A stretch of 64,000 nucleotides of DNA, taken from contig NMRA01000060.1 of the NCBI GenBank assembly GCA_002633005.1, positions 289,472 to 353,471 of the forward strand, written 5' to 3'. Positions 52,019 to 63,211 of the stretch are shown piece by piece. The notes beneath the pieces are model-generated. The model did no database searches. It was not told the origin of the DNA and saw only the letters and a program-made list of their open reading frames with translations. The number at the start of each line of letters is the position of its first letter. The first letter of the stretch is position 1. Source of the DNA: Phoronis australis. Its lineage: Eukaryota > Animalia > Phoronida. The translations under genes were made by a program, and so were the position numbers.

Positions 52019-52167
52019 TGTCACCTAGAGGAGTCACTAGCCACATACAACATGGCTCTGGAAAAGTCCAAAACACAACGAGAGATACAGGTGGTCTGCC
52101 ATTACGAGATAGGCTGGAGTCACATGATGAAAATGAGCTTCGCCGTAGCGCTAAAGTCATTCGTCAT
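52019..52167 (+). CDS. TTC39C: TTC39C coding exon 7 (CHLEESLATYNMALEKSKTQREIQVVCHYEIGWSHMMKMSFAVALKSFV)
   Basis: tttcag| acceptor and AT|GTAAGG donor. Matches QREIQHVCLYEIGW (TPR-like helices). Confidence 0.95.
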
Positions 52168-53479
52168 GTAAGGTCATTCTGTTAAGCTTTGTCCTTTATT
52201 GATTTATGAATTAAGCATGATTGATGGTGACACGTTCAGGAGTGTGAAAAATAGTCTAACACTTAATATTAAGTCTGCACTTTATGGTATTTTGTGCCTT
52301 GTCTATGTTCTCATTGTTCTTAGACATTGTTAATAAAGTAAAAAGGCATAGATCCTAGATTACTCATTGAATTTGAGAAGTCACATACATACAAATTTTC
52401 TCGGACCAGTGCTGTAGCTAGTTGTTTTGTGCGACCTGACATTAATGGACGGCAGATTCATTAAAATGATGTGAGATAGATACGTGTGGACAATCACAAT
52501 GGTTTTCAAGCGTGTTGTTGCCGGCTGTAACAAGAGATGCTATAATCCGGCAGTTTTCCTCATTGAATTACCAAAAATCCTGTGTTAACCAAAGAGTGGG
52601 TGGTATACCTTTATCAACACGAATCGAGCATATTGTCTTCAGCTTAGTCTCTGTGTGATATCAGCAGCTTGTACGATATTAGCTTGACGAGGAGATGATG
52701 AAGGNGTTGTAATGCGCTTTTGATCGCATTAGGTTTTTGAATTTACTGAGAAGTGCGTATCTATACCTTCAAAGATACAAAGATTTGATTTGGATCACTT
52801 ACTGCCATAAACCTGGTCTCAATTCTATCTCTCAAGTGAAAAGTGTCCCTTATTTCTAGGCTTGAGACCATGTTCGGGGAATAAAACAACACACCATGAC
52901 TTGGCCATTTGTTGAATCGGATCTCTAACCAAAGTAAATTAAATTGCCAGTTCACCCCAGCCTGGAGATTGCCTATAATTTATAATCACGGTTAGGAACA
53001 AGCTGAGAACAGCTTGATAATAAAAAATTATTTTTTGATGGAAGGCCCTTTTAAGCGATTTCTTCGTTTGCAGTATTGTCGATTCTACAGTTTGTTTATG
53101 CTTTCAACACAATGTTGATTAATGAAGCTCATGTAAAAGGCAGCTTGTTGAAATGTGTAACCATTTGTTTTTTATTCTAATATTAATAATGACTTCATTA
53201 TAAATGTGTTAAGTAATGAAGGAGCTTGTAGCTAACTTGTTAATTCATGCTTCTGATATTTATTATTGAAGAATTAAAAGGTAAGGGTTAATATTAAAGT
53301 CAGTTTTTGCGTTTTTTTATTTTCTTGTTTGTTTCCAATGTCAGGGCATTTCTTTATTGTCATGAGCTATTAGTGTATATGAACATTTTATGTCTCTTGT
53401 ATAGGACTTCTTTACACAGAGTTCAATGTCAACTGCAAGCATCCATGCTCTATTTATTGAAGTGATCTCTTATTTATAG

Positions 53480-53532
53480 TGTCAAACAAGAATCAAGGTG
53501 GTCCAAGTCATTCTACACTTATCTCATAGCTG
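53480..53532 (+). CDS. TTC39C: TTC39C coding exon 8 (VKQESRWSKSFYTYLIA)
   Basis: ttatag| acceptor and G|GTACGT donor. Matches LKNESRWSQCYYAYL. Confidence 0.94.
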
Positions 53533-53805
53533 GTACGTCAAGCATTTTATGTCTCACTAATGAGAAACCTTTTCCATTGGCTGTTGTTAATTCCAAAAAG
53601 TCCACATTGAAAATAACTCTTTTGCTTTGTTATTCTTAAATATCTTAAGCCTATGGTTTAGACATCTTCTGTCTGGTGTCTATGTAGTGTAAATTCGATG
53701 TAATTCAATCTTTCCATGGCTGAGTTGGTTTGTATTTTCTCTCCACACTCAAATGCATGGTAACTATATGTAGCAGTCATCTCAATGCGTGCTTGTTTCC
53801 TTCAG

Positions 53806-53915
53806 TCTGCCAGGGAGCCCTAGGTGACATCACCGCCTCTCATGACAGTTTTAAAGAAGTGCCAGGACTGGTCAGGAAGAAGCAGAACCAGATTGAGGCA
53901 TTTGTCATGAGGAGG
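53806..53915 (+). CDS. TTC39C: TTC39C coding exon 9 (CQGALGDITASHDSFKEVPGLVRKKQNQIEAFVMRR)
   Basis: ccttcag| acceptor and AGG|GTGAGT donor. Matches VCQGATGD..FKEV..L..RKNNQIEQF. Confidence 0.95.
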
Positions 53916-53969
53916 GTGAGTGTCATGATTCCTTTAGACACCAACTGGTGGCGGATCATCCAAAAAGGC

Positions 53970-54072
53970 AATAGTCAGTTTCAGGGGTCCCAGATTTTGA
54001 GATCCAGTTTGATACCTGTTATTCAGTGAAGCAAACTGGTTCTCAAAATGCGGGACCCTGAAAGTAACTATT
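53970..54072. repeat. Palindromic hairpin element, copy C
   Basis: AATAGT..TTTCAGGG..ATTTTGAGA.CCAGTTTG...CAAACTGGTTCTCAAAAT..CCCTGAAA..ACTATT. Confidence 0.72.
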
Positions 54073-54810
54073 ACTGAAAAAAGTTCCATATTCATTTGGC
54101 TTGATGCGCAACCACTTCTTTAAAGCAGATAGTTGCTAGAAAGACACAGTGATTTCAGAAAACATATTCCATTTGCTCTAGATTGTCCATGAGGTAAGAA
54201 AACAGCTCCGTAACAGCTGTCATTTTCAATTTTGCTGCAGCTTTTCATTATTTTTGAAAGAATTGAAAGACAAGCTGCTGCACATTCATAAAATGTTCAA
54301 CGTTTCAAATTTTGTGACAATGGTACACTGGGCCAATAGTTTCCCTGCTTGCAGACAGCACCAGTTCAGCTTATGGCAGTGAAAATAAATGGAGGAAAAA
54401 GTACCTTCAATTAAAGAGACATTGTCGGTTTTAAAGCTGATAAATGCATTTTTGGGATCAGTGATGGATGAGATAGTTTTCTTTAAGGTATTAGCTGTGA
54501 CCGAAGCTATGAAACATTAAATTATGTTGTGTTTTTGTGATTTTGTCACAAACCACCAAATCTTTCTCTTGTCTGCCAGACATTTGGTGAAATCAAGGCC
54601 ATTGAAATACACTTAAAATACTCTGCTGTTTAACACATGGGATTTGAGTCAGTGACAAAGCATTCGACTGCTGCTGCATAGATAGTGTGATCTATTCCCC
54701 GCTACTTTTAATCCCTATAAAATTGCTTTTCTCTATAAAGATAACCCTTTAATGGAGTATATAATTCTTTTCATATGTTATCCACAAGTGGTCGTTTACT
54801 CGTAGGTGTT

Positions 54811-55798
54811 CATTACTTGGCCAAGTATGTTGGTCTGACAGCAAGTTTGTTTTTTTTTGTTCGCTCTCTACAGGTCGCAATTTTTGTCCGATTTTCACGA
54901 AATTTGCACACGACGTGTAGATCGGGAAGTACTAGAACGCTATTGTTTTTGGTCATGATCAGATTCAAAATGGCGGACGTGGCGGCCATTTTGTTTCCGA
55001 TTTCACAGTCAAATGCTTGTAGAGGCTGCATTTTTCGACGTACAGCGCTGAAACGTGGTACGATTATTATAGAACACATGTGCTACAACTGTGCCGAAAA
55101 TCGTTGACTTCCGGTCAAAGATGGCGGAAATATTGGAAGTGGCGCATGCGCACCCCGATATCTGGCCAAAAACATTTTTTCCTCTAGAGGGCGCATTTGC
55201 AAACCATTCAGTTTCAAACTGGTGACATGTTTGTTGCTATTAATAAGCTTTTATAAAATTTTGTTTAACCGGAAGTCACCTTCAAGATGGCGGCTTTGGC
55301 GCATGTTCACACGTTTTCAATCATTCTGACATGAATTTTTGCATGTGGATTCCTTGAAGTATGCTCTTTCAAAAGTTCTGCGATAACGGTTTTCTCAGAC
55401 TTACCGTTTTCGAGTTATTTGACTTTGATGAATTTCTTTAAACAAAACGCAAAATTTCAATTTTTTCGAAAAAATAACAGAGTGTTGCAAAACTATCAAT
55501 TGGAACGGGCTTTCAGAAAATGTTTTCCATTTTTCGCTAGGACGTCTACTTTTCGAATTATTTGAGATTTTCTGATAGCGCTGTTCCTTTGTTGAGCGCT
55601 TTTACTGCATTGATGTTGGTTTACTGAGCAAGACAGTAGCCTATTTCTTACTGATAACTGACATCTTCACTAGTCATATGAATGTTATCGTGTTGCTCAT
55701 AATCCCCACTATCATCATCATAATCATTGTCGTCGTCATCTCCATCGTCGTCTCTTCGGTTAACCTCACCAAGTGTCGCTCCTTTGAGTGCTCTTGTT
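54811..55798 (+). mobile_element. Second HINE-like family element in TTC39C intron 9
   Basis: Starts ATTACTTGGCCAAGTA (hairpin), has internal AAGATGGCGG/CCGATTTTCACGAAATTT subunits and a (TCA/TCG)n tract, and ends CCAAGTGTCGCTCCTTTGAGTGCTCTTGTT. Its 3' part recurs inverted at 26665-26930. Confidence 0.6.
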
Positions 55799-56162
55799 AT
55801 GTTATTTGCAGGGGTCCATAAATAATCCACGTGTTCATTAGTGATCTACATGTTTTTGTGTTTGTATGTTACCGCATGTGTTCATATGTTGTTGCACATG
55901 TTTGTTTGTTGTTGCATGTGTTTATAAGCTGTATCCACTCGTGTTCATTCGCATGTTCATATTTTTAAACACTTGAGTTTGTATGATATTCCCTTGCGTT
56001 CTTATGTCATCCATGTGTGTTTGTATTTGCAAATGTTCACAAATTATCCACGTGACCATATATGTTCATATTTTGTCCTCGTTTTCACTCGTCATGCATT
56101 ACCACCTCTTGTTCATGCTTTATCCTCACAATATGTCATGTTCATAATGTTATCGTTCAAAG

Positions 56163-56286
56163 GCGGTCTCATTCAAAAAGAAGCCCCCCACTCGGGAACA
56201 CGTCTTACTGCTGGCCATGGAGCTGTTGTACTTGTGGAATTCATTCCCTATGTGTATGGAGGACACGTTCAATACCATGCTGGCAG
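56163..56286 (+). CDS. TTC39C: TTC39C coding exon 10 (AVSFKKKPPTREHVLLLAMELLYLWNSFPMCMEDTFNTMLA)
   Basis: ttcaaag| acceptor and CAG|GTAAAA donor. Matches EVLYLWKALPNC. Confidence 0.92.
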
Positions 56287-56857
56287 GTAAAACTAGCGCC
56301 CTTGTGAGGACTGTATTTTGAGTCTTAAGGGTGATAACTGATGAGAGCAATAGTAGGCTGTTGTTTGCTCTAATGTTGATCTTATTTGGGAGATGGTGAC
56401 GGGAGGGAGGCCTTGGAGTGGTCGTGATGGTGACGGGAGGGAGACCTTGAAGTGGCCGTGATGGTAGGGGTCAAGTCTGTAGGGTTTATTTGGTTTCATT
56501 CTGCCTCTGGTTAGAAAGAGACGGAAACATTGTGTTTACATTTTTCTGCAAAAGATGTTGAATTTACTTTCAGCTAGACCATTGCTTATTTCAATTTTTT
56601 TTTGATTAATGTTCTCATAGTAAAATGATGGTATTCTGTTTGTTAATGTCTCATTTTATTCTTATGGTTAGTTATTTTTTATTTCTAACTTCACCTGTTA
56701 TAGCATGGTCAAAGCTTTTAGCTCTTAATTGTGCTAGAATGTGGGAAATGTCTGTTTGGCTGATTCTCAATTCTTGTTTGATTAACTTCCTGGAGTCATC
56801 TCCTTTAAGCTGGTGAATCATTGTCTCAGTGTTTAACTCCTACCTTTTTCTTGTTAG

Positions 56858-56955
56858 AATGTGGAAAGTTGGAGGATAAAAAATTGTTCCATCTCCGAAG
56901 TCTCATTGAAGGCGCCATTTACAAACAATTAGGCGACATAGAGTTTTCAATGCAG
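56858..56955 (+). CDS. TTC39C: TTC39C coding exon 11 (CGKLEDKKLFHLRSLIEGAIYKQLGDIEFSMQ)
   Basis: ttgttag| acceptor and CAG|GTAAAT donor. Matches LKYLLLGAIHKCLGN. Confidence 0.92.
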
Positions 56956-58009
56956 GTAAATTGTGCCGTGGAAAATGTTATAACACGTTGCTCAGTTATT
57001 GTTCATGTATCTTAATTAAAAGTGACCAGAACAAGTTGGATGTTTGCAATACATGTTTGTGATTGTAAAGGATAGGATGTAACACAAATTGACGTAAAGA
57101 TCAATGACAATTTCACAATGTATGCAGAAATTGAAAATAAATCAGACATTGATTGTTCACAAAATTCTTAAATCCACATGCAGTGCCATCGTTGGAAACT
57201 GTTGTTTTGGTTGGTGTTGGGGATGGAACCTGTTGTCTACTTTATTAATGGTATGAGTTGACAGTCCTATGCACATGATGAAATGGTGGAGTGACTAATA
57301 GCTACAACGGGAAGACTCCTCGCCACTAATTTGTTTTATGACTGACTTAATTAGTGCTGCTTGGGACTTAAACACTGTCTCAGTTTTGTTGTTTAACAGC
57401 AAAATATTTGGTAACAAATATGCAGGCAGTAAAATCCTTCAAATTACAAACGTTTCCTTACTTTGGTTCCTTGCTTCCATCAATGGCTCTAAAGATGGGA
57501 CGTTGAAGGACTACATTTGATATCTTTTTGATACGAGTACATCCCCAGAAATCAGTTTCACCTTATATCTAACCTTCGAGCTCAGACTCTACTCACATGA
57601 TTAGAATACAACTTTGTATGTTTAGTAGAAATGTGCGATGGTCAGTTTTCTAATCAAGTTTCAAGTACTGATATCAGAGCCCAGTACATGAAGACTCCCT
57701 TAGTCACCAATTGGCGATACTCTCTCATTGAGTCGGCTCACCTAGTACTGTCGAACAACATATTGTGGAAGTAGTTTAGCAATGGGGCAAGTTACAAGAA
57801 AGGGCAGCGGAAGAAGTTATCAAAAGCAGAAGTGATCACTTGGCGTTGCTTTTCACAAGATATATCATGTTTGCTTCGCCTGAACAAACTGCATCTGATT
57901 ACATTTGGAGATAACTCGACAGGATCAAAGTAAGATAATGCCCAAGTGTTGGGTTACAAAGTAAATGCCACCTCCTCAGTGCTAAGTCTAATGTTATGGG
58001 TTATTACAG

Positions 58010-58153
58010 TGTTTTGAAGAAGTACTCGCTCGGCACGAGGGGAAGAAGGAAGACATTCACGTACTGGCCTTCGCCATGTATGAGCTGGGTACGGAATTAC
58101 TGAAACAACCTGATACGGAGGACAGAGGGAGACAACTTCTGTTGAAGGCCAGG
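58010..58153 (+). CDS. TTC39C: TTC39C coding exon 12 (CFEEVLARHEGKKEDIHVLAFAMYELGTELLKQPDTEDRGRQLLLKAR)
   Basis: ttacag| acceptor and AGG|GTACGG donor. Matches [28 protein letters not shown]. Confidence 0.94.
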
Positions 58154-58900
58154 GTACGGTATTAGAAAGCTTAGCTAGGTCATTTGAAAGACGCACTACA
58201 TTACTACAATGTACACCCAGACTGAATTAACTGCATTAATTCGAAAAGCTTTCAAGTGTAAAATGCTCATGAAGAATGCTAGAGTTAGTGCATGTGGAGA
58301 AGACTATGTACAGGACATGCTCTACCTTAATGCTAGTAGAGATGTTAGCAATTTGTTAGTTTCATGTTTGCATTAAGGTAGAAAATGTCCTGATTTCCAT
58401 TACTTTGTAAAATATGGTGTCAAAGACATGCATATCTTGGTGCTCAAACCATTAAAAGTTTTGACCGCAATACGACGTCATGGAACCCATAATAGCCATA
58501 TTCCAAATGACACGACTCCACTGTGATAATGGAGTATTAAACCATAATGCTGCCATTCATAAGGCAGTTGTCTGGCTGCTGCCATACTTATCAATGGTTA
58601 TTTGGTGTCGTAAGTAGTTCAGCTGTCATTCTGATGCTGTGATGTTGCACTGTGAGATGCATTGCTAAGTGTGTCTGGATACATCATATTTTAATCATCT
58701 GACTCACCTCAGAACTGTGTTTGCACCCTCTCGAAAATAAATGTTTTTTTTTTCTACCTCCAAAGAAGAGTTGAATTCGGAACGCGGCTTTTTGCTGGAG
58801 TTAGTGGTGAGCTGTAGCCGACCACGATTACATGGCTACAGATGTTTGCTACCAATGTGGTTACTTCAACTTTAAATAGGCCTTGCCATATGCCATATTG

Positions 58901-59444
58901 TTTTTATGCGCTCACATATTTATATGTGAGTGATACATTTTCTTGAAGTTTAGCATATAAGTTTCTATTAAAGAGACGATGATGCTCTCCTGTTTTCGGA
59001 CGGATTTGGTGTATTTTGCACCACCTGGTGGCAATTTAAGCATTTTTTAATACATTTTCGACGTCCGCTTTCCTATCCTCCTAAGTATTCAAAGGATCAC
59101 AGATGTTTTTCCTAATGAGAAGACCGCAACTGACACTGACTTTCGGATAGGTTCGACTGCTGTGGCGATCTCAAATGCCATTTTTTTACATCCACGGCTG
59201 TATTCCTTAATTCTTTGGAGGATCTTTGTTTCTACTAAACCCTTTGCAAAATCGAAACTCATTCCTTTGTGGATTTTCATGAAATTTGACAAATAGTTTA
59301 ATTTGTAATAGAGAGACGACGACTTCCTAATTTTGGACCGGTTTGACGTATTCTGCGCAATTTTATGGCCATTTTTATGACACTAAAAACACCATTAGAA
59401 GTACAGATTTGCATTCGCTTTTCAACGCTCTGCATTGCTCTTGT
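58901..59444 (+). mobile_element. Internally deleted copy of the HINE-like family in the last TTC39C intron
   Basis: Starts TTTTTATGCGCTCACATAT..ATATGTGAG and ends TTCAACGCTCTGCATTGCTCTTGT, matching the termini of the 61991-63211 copy. Confidence 0.72.
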
Positions 59445-59556
59445 TCGAGATCTTAATGTCTGATATCTGATGTTTAAAATGTACTCATTGCTAGTTTCAC
59501 GTTACTGCTAAGGGGTCTTAATCCCAAGGATGTTCATGGTGTACTTTTGCTTGCAG

Positions 59557-59655
59557 GATGGGTTTAAAGAATACGACTTTGAGAATCGACTTCACGTTCG
59601 TATTAATGCTGCACTAAGAAGGGCCAAAGAAAGTGCCAAGAACCATTCAAAATGA
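59557..59655 (+). CDS. TTC39C: TTC39C last coding exon (DGFKEYDFENRLHVRINAALRRAKESAKNHSK*)
   Basis: ttgcag| acceptor. YDFENRLHVRI is the conserved TTC39C C-terminal motif. TGA at 59653-59655. The 13 exons sum to 1818 nt, or 605 aa plus stop. Confidence 0.97.
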   Translation, partial: DGFKEYDFENRLHVRINAALRRAKESAKNHSK

Positions 59656-59768
59656 CCAGTGGTGACATCTAGTGAACACCCATGAAACATGCTACTGTTT
59701 TCAGTTTATATATGGAAATGTTGAATGTAAATACTATGACTAACTGTCTTTAGTTCTGTTGATTGGTA

Positions 59769-59916
59769 GTCCATGTGTCTAAGTGCTGTCTGTTTTCACA
59801 GTGCTGTTCTTGTGTCTAAATTCTGTCTGTATTCACAGTGCTGTCCATGTGTCTAAGTGCTGTCTGTGTTCACAGTGCTGTTCATTTGTATAAGTGCTGT
59901 CTCTGTTCATAGTGCT
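59769..59916 (+). repeat. 37-bp minisatellite x4 in the TTC39C 3' UTR
   Basis: GTCCATGTGTCTAAGTGCTGTCTGTKTTCACAGTGCT units at 59769, 59806, 59843 and 59880. Confidence 0.85.
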
Positions 59917-61620
59917 GGTACCTTCATTTCCACTGTTGATTTTTGAAAATTCTAAAATCAGGTTAAATATTGATTGTAAACATAATCAATAAATTTGTAA
60001 GGCCTTGCATATACTTTAATGATGGAATTGGGTTAGTATTTCCCATTTTTCAGTATTTTTCCAACAACATTAAAACTCAGGAAGATGTCATTTCCTTAAA
60101 GTGGTATTTTCAATTGATATTTCACACAGATAGGCTTATAGAGTTATATTCTCTCATGTTTCGCCTCCTATTTTTCCCTGTACTGCCTACATCATACATT
60201 AAGCCTATATATATACATGGCCCCTGTGCCATTGTACAATACATTTTCTCAAAAAATATTTTTGCTCAATTTTGCTTATTCACAAGCCTCTAAACTTCAC
60301 GGATTGGTAAAGGCAGGTGTCCCTTGCAGTGTCTTGAAATTGATGTATTTGCCTTGCTTGTCTTTTGTTCATCCTTAGTATGTTTTAGTTTCCCAAAGTT
60401 GCTGTAAATCATGCGTAGTGGCTAATCATGGCGTTCTTATCCCATGCACGCATTGAAATCCCCAGATGGGCATGCTTTAGCGACTGAAGATAACTTACCT
60501 TTACAAATAGCTTAAGTGAGTGCGCCTCATCGAAATCATTAACAATGGTTCGGTTGAAAAGTTTTTTGACAGAAATCATGGTTTTATTACTCTAATGACT
60601 TGAAAAGGCATCAAGCTCTACCATTTTGTAATGGATAATTTCACCGTTGCTCACATTCTGTAGTTGTTCTGTGGTTTACTCTACGCGTGTTTTGTAAGAC
60701 ACGGACCCCTTAGTTGCATGTGTAGGCACATCTTGACATTCCAGCGCATTGGCCTATATGACAGGTTTTCATCTTTGCATTAATTTCCAATATTTTCTAA
60801 AGCTTGCTTTCCTGGTTATATTTGAGCTCTCTGACTGACACCCTCGCTGTTATTTTGTGCCCTCTTTGTAATTTTTTAGATATAAATTATTATAAATGAA
60901 TGTCATTTGCTACACGTTGAAATTTATGAAGTTGACCATTCTGTGAATGCGAATTTGCATGTCATAAGTACTGTATTTCATGTGAACTCAAGAATCCATG
61001 TCTTTATCATGACCAAGTGTAAAATTGATATGCGAAATTTATAAACTGGGTGTGTTTTGAAACGTGCAAATCTCTGTATTCTGTGTTATCGAACAAACAT
61101 GGAAACAGAAAAACTTTGCTGTGTTTAAGTTTGCTTGAATGTTGTCTTAACAACCAATGTGCTGTAACTACAGTCAGTGATGTTTTCTTCGGCTTGCAAC
61201 ACTATGTGACTGATGACTGATTGAAGGGTATGTTGTATAATGAAGCCTTGTTTCCAGAAGATACTGTTACGTAACTGTGAATGTTATTGAGTCAACTATA
61301 CAATACACAAATTCTGTCTCCAGTATTCACAAGTTGCTAAGAATGTATTTTCTGCACTAATTGTATGTAGTCTCATCATTAGATTGAGGTATTATCAGTT
61401 TTTCCAGGGGATTTAAATTTTCACAGAAGTAGGTTTGTCTATTAGTGTCATTTTAGTGAATGTATTAATAGTAACCCACGGCAAACAGCCTTCCTCTCAC
61501 AGTTGACTTAACATTAACAGCATTGAATTTCTTATACTTGTAAATGCTTTTTAATTAAAATTATTTTCTCATGGGCTGCAGCTGTTCTTTTCTCATGTGG
61601 TACTGTTTTTTCATTTCTTT

Positions 61621-61626
61621 AATAAA
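61621..61626 (+). terminator. Candidate distal polyadenylation signal of TTC39C (proximal candidate at 59988-59993)
   Basis: AATAAA at the end of a long T-rich UTR-like tract. Motif only, no transcript evidence. Confidence 0.35.
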
Positions 61627-61693
61627 CCACACACATTCCCAATATCCTAGTTGTAGTGCTCAGACTCGATTCATTACTTTATGGTCATGCGGT

Positions 61694-61798
61694 AATAGCC
61701 AGTTGTAGGGATCCCACATTTTGGGAACCAGTTTTCTCTTCAGAATTATATTTTAAAAAACTGGTTCTCAAAATCCTGACCCCCTGTAAGTGGCTGTT
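61694..61798. repeat. Palindromic hairpin element, copy D
   Basis: AATAGCCA..ATTTTGGGAACCAGTTTT...AAAACTGGTTCTCAAAAT..TGGCTGTT. Confidence 0.7.
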
Positions 61799-61990
61799 GC
61801 CTCACATGCAGTATCAAGCTCATGCAACTTGCCCCTCTCGGAAACGAAAAGAAATACAGTTTGTGAGAAGAGAACGAGGGTTTGTGAGAGCAGACTTCTA
61901 CTTAAGCAAGAAAAGAACTGCGTTCATGAGAATGCCCTTGTGAAAAAGGCTGTCTCACCTGTTAGTAGTGCGGGGGAAAATTTTCTTCAA

Positions 61991-63211
61991 TTTTTATGCG
62001 CCCACATATTTGTATGTGGACGCATTATGCCGTCATCTCCGTCCGGCGTCACACGTCCGCTGCTCTACCTCCAAAACCCTTTGACATACGTTCATAGAAT
62101 TTAGTACATACGTTCCTTTCATGGATGGGACCGCATGAAGGAACTTTCAGACGGATCCGACTACCGATGTGCCCCCTAGTGGCAATTTTATTTTTTTATG
62201 CTTACCTCTATATCTTCAAAGGTTCTCAACGGATTTTCATAAAATTTGGCATATAGGCATCTATTGGTGAGATGATGCTATCCTCCAGTTTTTGGATGAA
62301 ATTGACGAAGTTTGCGCCACCTAGTGGCCATTTTTTGCTGTTTTTGAGTTTTTTTTTGGCGTCCACCCATCTATCAACCAAACCACTCAAAGGATGATTG
62401 TAAAAATTGGCATGTATGTTTTTACTATGAAGAGGGCGGCTGACGATAATTTTCCGAGGATTTCGTGTACTGCGGTGCCTCCTAGTGGCGGTTTTGTGTT
62501 TTTTTTGTCCATGGCTGTATCTCCTAAACTGTTGGCAGGATCTTTATTAAATTTAGCAAGTGTATTTATATGATGACATTTGGACGCATCTGACTACTGG
62601 TGTGCCCCCTAGTGGCAATTTCATTTTTTTACGTCTACCTCTGTATCTTCAAAGGTCCTCAATGGATTGTCATAACATGGCATGTAGGCATCTATTAGTG
62701 AGTTGACGCTATCATCCCGTTTTCAGATGGAATTGATCTAGTTTGCGCCACCTAGTGGCATTTTTTCCTGTTTTCGAGTCTGGTTTTTGGCGTCCACCCC
62801 TCGATCAACAAACCATTCTAAGGATGATTTTGAAAATTGGCATGTATGTTTTTCAGTGTGACGAGGGCGATTGCATCTCTGTAACACACTGCATGATCTT
62901 TATTACATTTAATAATTGCATTTATAAGAAGCTAACAAAACACAAAGTCTTTTAGGCCGATCCAATGAATGCTGTGCTCCATAGTGGCAATTTCATTTTT
63001 TCAGTTTTCCTTCGTTTCTCTGAAGTTCGACAGATTTTTATAAAATTTGGTGATAGCTTTCTATTAAAGCGGTGTCATTTTCCCGTTTTCAGGTAGATTG
63101 GATTTTTTGCGCCATCTAGTGGCTATTTTTATGAAACAAAAAAACAACCCTAAAAGCACACCATATGCGGTGCATTCGTGGGCGCGTTTCAACGCTCCGC
63201 ATTGCTCTTGT
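61991..63211 (+). mobile_element. Helentron-associated (HINE/DINE-1-like) non-autonomous element with an internal tandem array
   Basis: T-run, then a 5' stem-loop ATGCGCCCACATA-tttg-TATGTGGACGCAT, a CCGT-like microsatellite and central repeats of about 140 bp. Subterminal IR GCGCCCAC (61998) / GTGGGCGC (63178). 3' end GCATTGCTCTTGT. Confidence 0.75.

Noticed and set aside
59769-59916. Three CACAGTG heptamers resembling V(D)J recombination signals
   Set aside because: They are part of a 37-bp tandem repeat, have no ACAAAAACC nonamer at 12 or 23 bp, and are far from the Ig exons.
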